From Candidatus Helarchaeota archaeon (GTDB lineage Archaea > Asgardarchaeota > Lokiarchaeia > Helarchaeales > RDOG01): a DNA stretch of 48,394 nt. Where the stretch lies: positions 1 through 48,394 of the forward strand of contig JALGVI010000010.1 in NCBI GenBank assembly GCA_029838215.1. The letters run 5' to 3'. Below the pieces are notes generated by a model that made no database searches, had not been told where the DNA came from, and saw only the letters and a list, made by a program, of their open reading frames with translations. Made by a program: the position numbers and the translations under genes. Positions 10,304 to 20,504 of the stretch are shown here, in pieces; the first letter of the stretch is position 1; each line of letters opens with the position of its first letter.

Positions 10304-11731
10304 ATGAAAAAAAAAGTAGTTGTAATCGGATCGGGATTGGGTGGAGCCGCAATCGGAGCACTCCTCCAACATCAGGGACGCTTCGATGTCACGCTTTTAG
10401 AAAAAAACAACCTTATAGGTGGACGATATGCCACGTATGAGAAAAAGACCGATGAGGGGATTTTTAAGCTTGACGTTGGCTGTCATTTGATTGCAAATTG
10501 TAACAATGGGACGATGGGTGAAGTTCTAAAAAGAATTGGAAAAAACGATTCAGTTCAATGGTCATATGCACGAAGACCAAAACCGGCGTTTTATTTTTTA
10601 GGGGAGCGCATCGATTTCCCAAAGGAAGTAAATAAGCTCGGCATTCCAAATGAAGATCTTTTCAATTTATTGAACTTGATGCGGGATGTCACTCAGTTCA
10701 CGGAAGAAGACTTGAAAAAACTTGATGATGAACAGGTTGACATGAGAACCTTCTTAAAACGATATACTTCCGATCCAAAAGCATTATCTTTATTCTCATT
10801 TTTTGCAGGGATGGAGTTTGTCATCCCGGATTATTTAACAGCCGCTTCGGAATGGATTGTCTGCCAACGGCAAATGTCCACCAACAAATCGTCAGGATAT
10901 CCGATTGGAGGATGTGGGTCCGTTCCGAGAGCTTATTGCAATAACATTGAGGAGAATGGTGGAAAATTAATATTACAAGCACCCGTGAAAGAGATATTGA
11001 TAGAAAACAACGAGGCGACAGGAGTCAAATTAGAGGACGGGACAGTCCATCCTGCGGACATCGTGATTTCTAATGCGGGTTTCAAGCACACGGTCTTAGA
11101 TCTGGTAGGAAAAGATCATTTTTCAGAAGAGTTCACTCAAAAAGTTGAGAGCTACGAGTATTCGCTTGCGACCTTTCAAATTAAAATTGCCTTGGACGAA
11201 AAAATCACGGACGAAAAGATGATCATGTATATAGGTGAAGAAATTGACGTGGATAGTTTCGATCGGCAAGCCATTTCAGAAATGCTTGCACGTGGAGAAT
11301 ATCCCGAGGAATTTCCGATAGTTTTTGCTCCAATCGTATCCAACATGGATCCTTCTTTGTGTCCGGAGGGAAAACAATTGATTTTTGCGGGTGCAGGATG
11401 CCCGACAGCTGCACAAGGTTTCGATCCAAAAAAGCACCATGAGAAAGTGCAAAACTCGATTTTGAATGGCATTAAAAACGTCCTTCCTAAGATTGAAGAT
11501 CATTTGCTATGGATTGACTCATCAAGTCCGCATGATATCGAGAAGTTCGCCGGAGAAAGCGGAACTGTCATAGGCATCGCCCAAACGATTAATCAAGTCG
11601 GAAAGAATAGGCCAAAACAGGAGCTTCCCATCAAAAATCTTTATTGTTGCTGTGCGGACACGGGCTTGCACGGAATCGGTGGAGAATTGGCAGTGGATAG
11701 TGCACTGCGACTATATAATAAATTAATTTGA
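10304..11731 (+). CDS. Phytoene desaturase/retinol saturase-family FAD oxidoreductase, copy 1
   Basis: Rossmann motif VVVIGSGLGG...LEKNNLIGGRY, plus YPIGGCG and ADIVISNAG. The ATG at 10304 directly precedes the Rossmann strand. Confidence 0.85.
   Translation: MKKKVVVIGSGLGGAAIGALLQHQGRFDVTLLEKNNLIGGRYATYEKKTDEGIFKLDVGCHLIANCNNGTMGEVLKRIGKNDSVQWSYARRPKPAFYFLGERIDFPKEVNKLGIPNEDLFNLLNLMRDVTQFTEEDLKKLDDEQVDMRTFLKRYTSDPKALSLFSFFAGMEFVIPDYLTAASEWIVCQRQMSTNKSSGYPIGGCGSVPRAYCNNIEENGGKLILQAPVKEILIENNEATGVKLEDGTVHPADIVISNAGFKHTVLDLVGKDHFSEEFTQKVESYEYSLATFQIKIALDEKITDEKMIMYIGEEIDVDSFDRQAISEMLARGEYPEEFPIVFAPIVSNMDPSLCPEGKQLIFAGAGCPTAAQGFDPKKHHEKVQNSILNGIKNVLPKIEDHLLWIDSSSPHDIEKFAGESGTVIGIAQTINQVGKNRPKQELPIKNLYCCCADTGLHGIGGELAVDSALRLYNKLI
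11567..11706 (+). repeat. 140-bp near-identical block shared with 12954..13093
   Basis: Manual alignment gives 10 mismatches in 140 bp, and the first 38 bp are identical. Confidence 0.9.
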
Positions 11732-11768
11732 TCTTTATTTTAATTATTCGATTAAGGGAGCATTAACG

Positions 11769-13121
11769 ATGAAAAAAAGAGTAATCATTATCGGATCGGG
11801 TGTTGGTGGAAGCGCAATCGGTGCATTACTCCAGCATCATGGCAATTTTGACGTGACCATTTTTGAAAAAAATAAACTGATAGGTGGACGTTACGCAACA
11901 TACGAAAAAAAAAAGGACGATGGAACTTATAAACTAGATATTGGATGCCACATGATTGCAAATTGTGATAATGGGACGATGGGCACGGTTCTGAAAAAAA
12001 TTGGGAGACCAAAAGCCGTGCAATGGTCTATTGCCAAAAATCCAGCACCGATATTTCACCATAAAGGAAAAAGAATCAAATTTCCCGTTGATTTTTCTCA
12101 GTTAGATATTAGTGAAGACGAAGCATCGAGGCTTCAATCTTTAATGAATGAAATCATGCATTACCCAGAGGAAAAATTGCAAAAATTAGAAGAAGAACAA
12201 GTAGACGTAGGCACGTTTTTAGCACGTTACACGAAAAATCGGAAGGTATTTCCTTTCTTCTTTTTCTACGTTGGCATGGAGCTTGTCGTGCCCGATAATT
12301 TTGCAGCCGCTTCTGAATGGATACGATGTCACGGAACGATGGCCAGAAATGACAAAATTGGATATCCTGTAGGAGGAAGTGGTGCCATCCCAACGGCATA
12401 TTGCAGGAGTATTGAAGAAGATGGTGGGAAAGTTGAATTAAAGGCACCAGTAGAAAGAATTTTGGTGGAGAATAATGAAGCAAGAGGCGTGAAGCTGAAA
12501 GATGGAACGATTTATTCTGCAGATATCGTGATTTCTAATGCAGGGCTTAAACATACGGTCTTGGAACTGGTGGGAAAGGATTACTTTGCGGAAGAATTCG
12601 TGGAACGTGTCAATCAATACATGTATTCCCTTTCCACGTATCAAATCAAGATTGCCTTGGATGAAAAAATAACGGATGAAAAGATGATAATGATTCCTGG
12701 AGACTATGTCTTCATGCCCATGGTTTCAAATTTAGATCCATCGTTATGTCCAGATGGAAAGCAAATCATCATCGCAGGTGCCAGCTGTCCAAACGTGGCA
12801 CAGGGTTTTGATCCCGCAAAACATGATTCGCAAATGAAAGAGGCGATCTTAAGAAGCGTTAAAAAAGTCCTACCCGAGATTGAAGACCACGTCATGTGGA
12901 TTGATGTAGCCAGTCCTAATGATATTGAAAAGCTTGTTGGAGAAGACGGAAACGTCATAGGCATCGCCCAAACGATTAATCAAGTCGGAAAAAATAGACC
13001 AAAACAGGAACTTCCCATCAAAAATCTATATTGTTGCTGTGCGGATACGGGTTTGCACGGAATCGGTGGGGAATTAGCAGCAGATAGTGCACTTAGATTA
13101 TACGAAAAATTGGTTAATTAA
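11769..13121 (+). CDS. Phytoene desaturase/retinol saturase-family FAD oxidoreductase, copy 2
   Basis: IIIGSGVGG...FEKNKLIGGRY and YPVGGSG; colinear paralog of copy 1. Confidence 0.85.
   Translation: MKKRVIIIGSGVGGSAIGALLQHHGNFDVTIFEKNKLIGGRYATYEKKKDDGTYKLDIGCHMIANCDNGTMGTVLKKIGRPKAVQWSIAKNPAPIFHHKGKRIKFPVDFSQLDISEDEASRLQSLMNEIMHYPEEKLQKLEEEQVDVGTFLARYTKNRKVFPFFFFYVGMELVVPDNFAAASEWIRCHGTMARNDKIGYPVGGSGAIPTAYCRSIEEDGGKVELKAPVERILVENNEARGVKLKDGTIYSADIVISNAGLKHTVLELVGKDYFAEEFVERVNQYMYSLSTYQIKIALDEKITDEKMIMIPGDYVFMPMVSNLDPSLCPDGKQIIIAGASCPNVAQGFDPAKHDSQMKEAILRSVKKVLPEIEDHVMWIDVASPNDIEKLVGEDGNVIGIAQTINQVGKNRPKQELPIKNLYCCCADTGLHGIGGELAADSALRLYEKLVN
12954..13093 (+). repeat. Second copy of the 140-bp block
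   Basis: Aligned with 11567..11706. Confidence 0.9.
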
Positions 13122-13168
13122 ATTCAAGATAAAAAAGAATGAAAAAATGATGAATGGTTTGAAAAAAA

Positions 13169-14509
13169 TTATTCAATGACTTCTTTAACGAATTCTCGGA
13201 TGCGTTTTCGGACGCTTCTTGAGCCGATGACGCGGCTATCCATGGTATCGACTTGGAAAAGTAGTGTTGGAGCACCTGTTTCTTCCTTGATTCGTTCTTT
13301 CATCAGATTTGCGATGGCCCAACTGTGCTTGCAACCCATGTGTCCACCCCATATGCAGAAGTCGATGTCATACTCTTTAACGATATTCACGCAGTCATCA
13401 AGATAGAATTCCATTGGACCACGGCTTTGTCGAGCCATTGGCATTTCTAGGACGGTTTTTGCGAGATCTTCGAGCATTGTTTCTTCGCTCTCGATGTTCA
13501 CGGGTTGAGCCATTTGATATCCCATCATGTCCATCACGGTTGAAATTTGAAACTTTTCTTCCATCCAGCCGAAGATCAGGGGATCGAAGAAGATGGGAAT
13601 GTAAACCCAGAAGCATCGATATTTTTCTGTTTTTCCCTTTCGTAGATACTCTTCCATTGGGCTTCTTTTTTGCTTGACGAATTCTTTTGCAGTATCCCGA
13701 ACCCACTTCGAATATTCGATGACTTTTCCCGACAATCCTGCACTGCTCATCAATGTCATGTAAAGCGTGAATGGTGTCATTGAGGTAACGGGACAGGGTT
13801 TATTTTTTAATAGCTCCATGACTTCAAGGATGTATCCTCGAGCAATATTAGAATTTTTAAAGGTTTCTTGTAGTGCCTCGAACGTGATTTTTCGTTTCGT
13901 GCTTTTTTCGATATAATCTATCATGTCCTTTAGCTGTGAGGCACAATATGGAATGACTTGTTCGTCATAAAACTCGTTTTTATCATCGTAATGCCAAGTT
14001 GGAATGTCCATTGTAAAGGTCGGGACGTTATAAATGTGTTGCATTACTTGATATAAAATATTCGTGCTATCACAGGGCTGAGAGGCATAAACGATGAGGT
14101 CCGGATCAGGAGTCTTGTGCTGTAGCGAAGCTCCGATCCAAATTTTTTGTGCGTTGCATTGTTCTCGAGCCAAACCACTCTGTTCTGCGGTATCGATATA
14201 GTCCATGTGAACCTTTGTATTGGCGATGGCAAGAGCCACGGATCCGATTTCTTGGCACATGGGATAGATTCCCGCTGCATAAAAAAGCTCGGGAGGAACG
14301 CAGAAATTATACATGGCGATCGGAGTGTTGGTGTCGATAGCCTTATACATGTTATTCAGGTATTCTATCATTACTTCGATAAATAACGTGTTGAATGTTT
14401 GGCTACCAGGTGAATCAGCCATTGCATCGGCCATTTCTTTTCCAAGCGTGAAGAATTGGATTAAAGTGTCCCAAAGTTCATAATCTCGTTTAAATTCGGT
14501 AACAGTCAT
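13169..14509 (-). CDS. 2-hydroxyacyl-CoA dehydratase / benzoyl-CoA reductase family subunit (alpha/BcrB-like)
   Basis: PPELFYAAGIYP, CNAQK, PCDS and GCKH motifs, with a C-terminal DTMDSR. Confidence 0.8.
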   Translation of the reverse strand: MTVTEFKRDYELWDTLIQFFTLGKEMADAMADSPGSQTFNTLFIEVMIEYLNNMYKAIDTNTPIAMYNFCVPPELFYAAGIYPMCQEIGSVALAIANTKVHMDYIDTAEQSGLAREQCNAQKIWIGASLQHKTPDPDLIVYASQPCDSTNILYQVMQHIYNVPTFTMDIPTWHYDDKNEFYDEQVIPYCASQLKDMIDYIEKSTKRKITFEALQETFKNSNIARGYILEVMELLKNKPCPVTSMTPFTLYMTLMSSAGLSGKVIEYSKWVRDTAKEFVKQKRSPMEEYLRKGKTEKYRCFWVYIPIFFDPLIFGWMEEKFQISTVMDMMGYQMAQPVNIESEETMLEDLAKTVLEMPMARQSRGPMEFYLDDCVNIVKEYDIDFCIWGGHMGCKHSWAIANLMKERIKEETGAPTLLFQVDTMDSRVIGSRSVRKRIREFVKEVIE

Positions 14510-14528
14510 AAAAACACCTTCTTATTTT

Positions 14529-15650
14529 TTATAATCGTTCTATAAATGCTTGAACTCGGGTTTTTAATTGTCCTAGACCTGTAAAGACATATTCACGTTC
14601 CACTTCAAGTGTAGGGACGCCCAGGGCTTTAAGGTCCTTAATGAGCATGTAAATTTCACCAGACCATAGGTCGCAGAATTTCAGGCTTTCGAGAACTACG
14701 CCATCGACATAATATTCCTTGATAAATTTTTTGATTTTTTCAAGTCTCACGGAATGGTCACTATCAGGACATATCATTCTCGGGCAAGGAAGATTCCTCA
14801 AGTAGCGTTCTGCCAATTGTTCGATAGGTGAACCATTTTCTTTGACTAAATTCGTATAATATTTTGTACCAAAGCAATTATAATCCGTGACAACGATTGC
14901 TCCCATATCTTCGATTGTTTGAATGTATTTATAATCATCAATTATGCTGCCCAACACCATTATGCGTGGCTTGTTCTCAATTCCTGGTCTTTGCTTGCAT
15001 TCATCAACAGCTTTTTGAACCATTTGAATGCAGGTTTTTTTGGGCATTGCGGAAGCTGCTATGCTTAAAACTTCGGCTTCGGTTCCCGTTATCTTAGGCA
15101 CTTCTTCTTTCCTTAAATCGGATGCATCTTGAAGAACCTTGCGAAGTTGATTCATTGTTTTTATGGCTTGATTTAATTTTTCATCCGTAATTTGAATGTT
15201 GAAGTGATTTTCTATTGCATTTTTGAGTGAGTTCAGTTCTTTTATGAACCATTTCAATGCACGATCACTTACGTGATGAGGAATGGAAAGGAAATGCATG
15301 AAAGGCATTTTCAACTTATATTTCCAGTTGTCATATGTCCTGCGCACGTGATCGCAACTGTTATAAGAAATCATGCCATCAAGAAAGTCGTACTGATGTT
15401 TTAGCCCCTTATCGAGCGTGTACCGACAAAACGTGCAGTTTAGATTGGACAGAAGACCATCAGAATCAGAAGTGTCATGATGCCCTCTTGCATTCATTCT
15501 TACCGGTAGGATATCTGCAGCGATAATAATTTCTTCAGGGATATATGAACAGAAAAATCCAATAACCTTTCTGGTTTTTTTCCATTCATTGATCCATTGA
15601 TTTGGAACGGGACCTGCCGCTTCAAAAAGATCTTTCCAAGAATTTTCCAT
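14529..15650 (-). CDS. 2-hydroxyacyl-CoA dehydratase / benzoyl-CoA reductase family subunit (beta/BcrC-like)
   Basis: GFFCSYIPEEII, CTFC, SCDHVRR, CPRM, KFCD and QLKTRVQAFIE motifs. Confidence 0.85.
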   Translation of the reverse strand: MENSWKDLFEAAGPVPNQWINEWKKTRKVIGFFCSYIPEEIIIAADILPVRMNARGHHDTSDSDGLLSNLNCTFCRYTLDKGLKHQYDFLDGMISYNSCDHVRRTYDNWKYKLKMPFMHFLSIPHHVSDRALKWFIKELNSLKNAIENHFNIQITDEKLNQAIKTMNQLRKVLQDASDLRKEEVPKITGTEAEVLSIAASAMPKKTCIQMVQKAVDECKQRPGIENKPRIMVLGSIIDDYKYIQTIEDMGAIVVTDYNCFGTKYYTNLVKENGSPIEQLAERYLRNLPCPRMICPDSDHSVRLEKIKKFIKEYYVDGVVLESLKFCDLWSGEIYMLIKDLKALGVPTLEVEREYVFTGLGQLKTRVQAFIERL

Positions 15651-15858
15651 TTTCCAATACCTTCTCGAATTAAGTTTGTTTTTGGTAAATTAAATGCTTG
15701 TTTCGATATTCGGACGAGTCATGAAAGAAGTTGATGAATTTAAGAGATTCTCCAGAAAAAGAATATCAGAATTAGGATTTAAAATGCTTTTTTTAATGAT
15801 CAAAGATCAGATAAATGGAAAGAAAAAAATAAAAAAGACTTTAAAAAAAAGGAAAGAA

Positions 15859-17478
15859 TCAGGCTATTTCGTAAAGAGCTTTTCCGGGATGAGCTTCTTT
15901 CCATTCTTCAATACTCATGCCAAACTTATGTTCGAGTTGAGCACGGTACATTGGAAAGCTGTTATACGAGCAGAAGGGAACCAATCGGGTTTTTCCTTTT
16001 GTCTCTTCATCGCCAGGAATCGCCATGTGAATCACACATCGACTCAAGCGTTCTAGATCCATGTTATATGGATCTTGAAAATGCATTCCGGATAACAGTA
16101 AGCTTCGATAATGAAAATCAGCCAATGCCTCGAATGATCCTTTTTGGATGATGTCGAACATTAATTTTTGCACGTTGAATTTACTTGGAGCCTTTTCCTT
16201 ATCAACAGTTTCGTCGAGTAGTTTCAGAAGGCGTGTTATTGCTTTTCCAGGGCGCATCGTACCATTTTGGATGCCTTGTGACATTTCTTCCATTCCTTCC
16301 ATCATCCTATCTACATCAAAGAATCGAGTGATGGGGACCATTTCGCCTTCAACTTCGAAAACATACGTGGCAATACCGCAAGCAGGATGAGCCGTGAATT
16401 CGATGAGGTCCTTACCTTGCAAAGTTTCTAAGATATGAGAGATTGGAAGAACGACGGGTATTGGGCGAAAATCTGAGATTGCGAGTTTTCCATTGCTTTG
16501 ATCTTCGAGATATTTTAAGTATGTCGGGAGGGTAATTCTTGATTTCAGGCGTTCATCTTCGGGTAATGGTTTTGCATTTGGATCGGCAAATCGTCCTACA
16601 AAGGAGATTGGCTGCGTAATCGTGGCACGGACGATATCAATGTTTTTCTCTGCGAATTTAATAACGGGATAAATATCCTGAGTATTATGTCCTGCCATTG
16701 TAAACATGACAAATACTACGCCACCATGACGGTTTTCTTGTATCCCCGCACGTCGCAAGTTATTCAAGATATCTTCAATTAAATGCCAGTTTTCGGGATT
16801 CGTTTGACGCGATACACCGTTAAATTTTAGATATATCGTGTTGATGCCACCTTCTATGAGTTCTTCGGTTAAATCATAGTCTTTACCAATCAAGACACCA
16901 TTCGTGGCTAATTGAATTTGGTTGAATCCAGCTCGATAGCATTCGGCAGCCATTTCGGGTAGTTCAGCACGAACGGTTGGTTCACCACCGGAAAATTGAA
17001 CGGCTTCAACAGGAGCAGGCTTTTGTTCCCTTAGGTCTTTTACCATTTGCTTGAATTGCTTCATGGTGGGTTCGTACACAAAACCTGCAGAAGAGGCATT
17101 GGCGAAACAATACCAACAGTGCAAGTTGCAACGGTTCGTAACGTCGATATTAGCAAGCAATGTATTTGAGTTGTGATTAGAACAAAGTCCACAGCTCATT
17201 GGACAAATGGGATTTTCTTTCGTTATCGAAGGATTATAAACGCCTTTTCCAGTATTAAACCATTTAATGAATTTCTTGTATAGTTCAGAGCTGCTCCAAT
17301 AAATTTCCTTAAATTCACCGTGTTCGGGGCAATTTTTCCGAATATAGGCCTTGCCGTCAATTTCAACAATTTCCGCCGGAACGGGATTTATTTTTCCTTT
17401 TTCTTTTAAACAGAAATGACAGATACTACCAGTTTTACGAAGAACCTTGAGTTCTGTAATTGCCTTTTGATCAGACAT
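15859..17478 (-). CDS. tes: Tetraether lipid synthase (Tes / GDGT-MAS, radical SAM)
   Basis: Rubredoxin-like CHFC...CPEH, auxiliary CPMSCGLC, radical-SAM NRCNLHCWYC, QFSGGEPT, HPACG, MHFQDPYNMD and PFCSYN. Colinear with MJ0619 as I recall that sequence. Confidence 0.9.
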   Translation of the reverse strand: MSDQKAITELKVLRKTGSICHFCLKEKGKINPVPAEIVEIDGKAYIRKNCPEHGEFKEIYWSSSELYKKFIKWFNTGKGVYNPSITKENPICPMSCGLCSNHNSNTLLANIDVTNRCNLHCWYCFANASSAGFVYEPTMKQFKQMVKDLREQKPAPVEAVQFSGGEPTVRAELPEMAAECYRAGFNQIQLATNGVLIGKDYDLTEELIEGGINTIYLKFNGVSRQTNPENWHLIEDILNNLRRAGIQENRHGGVVFVMFTMAGHNTQDIYPVIKFAEKNIDIVRATITQPISFVGRFADPNAKPLPEDERLKSRITLPTYLKYLEDQSNGKLAISDFRPIPVVLPISHILETLQGKDLIEFTAHPACGIATYVFEVEGEMVPITRFFDVDRMMEGMEEMSQGIQNGTMRPGKAITRLLKLLDETVDKEKAPSKFNVQKLMFDIIQKGSFEALADFHYRSLLLSGMHFQDPYNMDLERLSRCVIHMAIPGDEETKGKTRLVPFCSYNSFPMYRAQLEHKFGMSIEEWKEAHPGKALYEIA

Positions 17479-17987
17479 ATTTCTCACTTTTAAATTGTTA
17501 TTTTCTATTTACTTGAAAGGTTGCAGATTTCTTGCCATTGTTTGAGTTCGTCATGATAAATATTCTTTGAACAAAAATTTAGCGTGTTCCTGTATCCCAC
17601 ATTCATATTGTTTTAGCGGAGGTTTTATTTCAACCCTTCAAATAATATTGAATCAACGGAGCTAATTGAAAAAGTCTTAATAAAACAGAATCCCAAACTT
17701 ATTAAGATTCTTAACTTTTTCAATTTTTGCCGAAGTTCTTTTAATTTTTTTAATTAACTCATTATTTGTTTTTAAACCTTTATTTTCAATCCATAAAATA
17801 ATTACTTGGAAGTTTGGACCGTTTTTTTTACCAAGGCATGAAAATGGGATTGATTTTCGTGGTATTGCATTGTTATATCCCCGAGTGATGATTAACTAAA
17901 GAGAAGTATTACTGAATTAAAAAATGATTCCGAGTCGTTATTGAAAAATAAATAAAAATAAGAAAAAAAAATTGAATTTTTAAAGGT

Positions 17988-18917
17988 TTAAATAAACTTG
18001 CTTAGAAGAGGTTCAAATAGTCGTTCGTACAATACTGCCATGCAGTGTACTCCAGCTGCTTTTGTTGTCTTCTTGATTTCGGCTATGAATGGTTCAAAAA
18101 AGTCTACGTTTATTTGATCAATTTTTGCTTTTTTCTCTTCTTTATTAGAGATTTGTTTAGTGGCTTTCATTTTTGCAAGGATTTCCTTAGGGACTGAGAC
18201 TCCAGGGATGTAATCGTTGAAGTATTTGGCAATTCCATAGCTCTTCAGAGGAAAGATGCCCAATAAAACAGGACAATTTAGATATTCCAGATCTTTCAGA
18301 AAGGACTTTGCTTCATCAATGTCGAAAGCTGTTTGAGTTTGGATGAAATCAGCGCCGCATTTTACCTTGCGTTCGACTTTTATTATTTCGGGTTCTCTTG
18401 GAACAGCATTAGGGTTGGCAGCAACGGCAACGTTGATTTCTACTTTCCCGTGAATTTCCCGACCGCTAAAATCCGTTCCTTTATCAATCATGTTTGAAAG
18501 CAAGTGAACGAATTGGGCGGAGTCCAAGTCAAAGACAGGTTTTGCACCACCGTGATCACCCAGGGCGGAGTGATCTCCTGCTAATGCCAAGATGTTTTTG
18601 ATTCCCAAGACAGCCGCACCCAAAACGTCTGCGACCAGACCGATGCGATTACGATCCCGAACAGTCATCTGATAGACTACTTCCAGTCCTGTCTGTTGCT
18701 GGACAAGGTGAGAACATGCTAGAGAACAGGCATATGCCATTGATTGAGGACCATCGGTAACGTTTGCAGCTATAACCCATTTTTTCATTGCATTTGCGGA
18801 TTTTATCAATGTATCTATATTTGTTTCTTTTTCGGGTTCTAGTTCTCCAGAGAATACGAATTTTCCGGCACGGATTGCTTTCATCAAGTTACTAAACGCG
18901 GGTCGTTGATTACTCAT
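17988..18917 (-). CDS. metF: Methylenetetrahydrofolate reductase, MetF subunit
   Basis: SGELEP, NVTD, TVRDRNRIGL, LALAGDH, VFDLDS and GADFIQTQ motifs. Confidence 0.9.
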   Translation of the reverse strand: MSNQRPAFSNLMKAIRAGKFVFSGELEPEKETNIDTLIKSANAMKKWVIAANVTDGPQSMAYACSLACSHLVQQQTGLEVVYQMTVRDRNRIGLVADVLGAAVLGIKNILALAGDHSALGDHGGAKPVFDLDSAQFVHLLSNMIDKGTDFSGREIHGKVEINVAVAANPNAVPREPEIIKVERKVKCGADFIQTQTAFDIDEAKSFLKDLEYLNCPVLLGIFPLKSYGIAKYFNDYIPGVSVPKEILAKMKATKQISNKEEKKAKIDQINVDFFEPFIAEIKKTTKAAGVHCMAVLYERLFEPLLSKFI

Positions 18918-19584
18918 TGGTTATTTCCTCCTCAATATCGAATCTCGGACCCGTCTGCAGCCGATAATCCCGAGGTGGTCGATATCGCCGGTAGATATCC
19001 AGACCACCAGGTCGGTCCTTTAATTTTTTCCATATTTCAATCCACGCACATGGGTGCTTGTAATTTCCGACTTCGCACTTTCCTTCGACCTGACCGCCAC
19101 AGGGTCCATTCATTAGGCTTTTTGCGCAGTTTGCAACAGGACACACGCCACCCGTGTAGCCGAGAAGGCAATCACCGCAGGCTGCGCATTTTTCCACGTG
19201 TCCCTCAATTTTCTTGCCACCCATGAATAGAGTATTCTGGGCAGGAAATACGGCTACTTCAGGAAAAATTTCGGCAAGCATTTGCACGCCAATCCCGCAG
19301 GCCATTGATAAAATGACGTTATGTCCTTTTTCTATCCATGGGCGGAGCGTGGTTGCGGCAATGCTTTCGTCGCACTGTCTCAAGCAAGTAATTGCTTCGA
19401 ATTCGAAATCTTTACCATCTTTTCGGTATTTTAATTCGAGCATCATGCCCATGGTTTTCGCTTCTTTCAAAGATCGTGGTGGCTGACAACAACCATCACA
19501 TCCGACCACGAGGATTTTTTTAGCATTCACGGTATCTAATGACTGCGAGATTTCGTCCAATGGCTTTTCGCGTGTTACAATCAT
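18910..19584 (-). CDS. metV: MetV (Fe-S/Zn partner of MetF)
   Basis: MIVTREKP, GCDGC, RQCD, ACGIGVQ, CAACGDC, CAKSLMNGPCGG and CAW motifs; overlaps metF by 8 nt. Confidence 0.9.
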   Translation of the reverse strand: MIVTREKPLDEISQSLDTVNAKKILVVGCDGCCQPPRSLKEAKTMGMMLELKYRKDGKDFEFEAITCLRQCDESIAATTLRPWIEKGHNVILSMACGIGVQMLAEIFPEVAVFPAQNTLFMGGKKIEGHVEKCAACGDCLLGYTGGVCPVANCAKSLMNGPCGGQVEGKCEVGNYKHPCAWIEIWKKLKDRPGGLDIYRRYRPPRDYRLQTGPRFDIEEEITNE

Positions 19585-19601
19585 AAAAAAATCTCCTTTT
19601 T

Positions 19602-20504
19602 TTAAGTTTCAACTTGTTCTTTTCCTTTAATTTTTTCTAATACTGAATCAACTTTGACTCGGTGGAACTTGAATCCCAATTCATCGGGGGTGATTCCTAT
19701 GGCTAAGCAAATTAGCTCTTCAAGAGAGAGAATTGGCATGTTAAAATCAAGTTCTGAAAAATGACGTTTGATAATTGGTTGTCTCCCATCGAATTGTTGA
19801 TAACAACAGGGGCAGACGAGAGACATGCAATCTACACCCTGCTCTTTTACAGTCATCAACTTTTCCTTACCTAATCGGTATCCGACCATTTGATCAGTTT
19901 TTGTTATGCAAGAACCACAACAGTTCATGGAGTTGGGATAATCGACATTAACTGCACCAATGACTTCCAGAACCTCGTGCATTGATTTTGGTGTTTCGGG
20001 ATCATCGAATCGAACGATTTCGTGCGGGCGAACTAAATGACAACCATAATGCAACCCGACACGCAACCCATTTAATGGACTGACAACGGCTTCTTTGATT
20101 TTTTCAACCCCGATTTCGCGATAAATCACGTGGAATGAGTGCTTGACTTCAATAGAACCTTTATATTCCCGGTCGATTTCTTTTAGGGCTTCATTGACTT
20201 TTTGTTTCAAATCGTCGTTCTCTTTTAACAGGAGATTTACGGTTTGAAGTGTCTCAAAACAACCGGAACACAAGGACAAGATGTCAAGCCCCATTTCTTC
20301 AGCTAACGATATGTTACGTGCTGCGAGGGTTACCCATGTTAAGTGATCAGCAGATTGTACAGTTACGGGATCAGGGCAACAACCTGCGCCTTCAATGTCC
20401 TTTAATGTAAAACCGAAACGATCATAAAGCTTTCGAGCAGCAACTTCCATCTGGGGAAACTGATAAGGGATCAAGCATCCTAGAAATAAAGCGTATTCAG
20501 GCAT
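19602..20504 (-). CDS. hdrB: Heterodisulfide reductase subunit B
   Basis: Two CCG domains: GCCPDP/LCSGC and HYGCHLVRP/NCCG/CPCC. Confidence 0.9.
   Translation of the reverse strand: MPEYALFLGCLIPYQFPQMEVAARKLYDRFGFTLKDIEGAGCCPDPVTVQSADHLTWVTLAARNISLAEEMGLDILSLCSGCFETLQTVNLLLKENDDLKQKVNEALKEIDREYKGSIEVKHSFHVIYREIGVEKIKEAVVSPLNGLRVGLHYGCHLVRPHEIVRFDDPETPKSMHEVLEVIGAVNVDYPNSMNCCGSCITKTDQMVGYRLGKEKLMTVKEQGVDCMSLVCPCCYQQFDGRQPIIKRHFSELDFNMPILSLEELICLAIGITPDELGFKFHRVKVDSVLEKIKGKEQVET

Noticed and set aside
15694-16056. 120-aa plus-strand ORF
   Set aside because: It overlaps tes antisense, and the rest is poly-A spacer translation.
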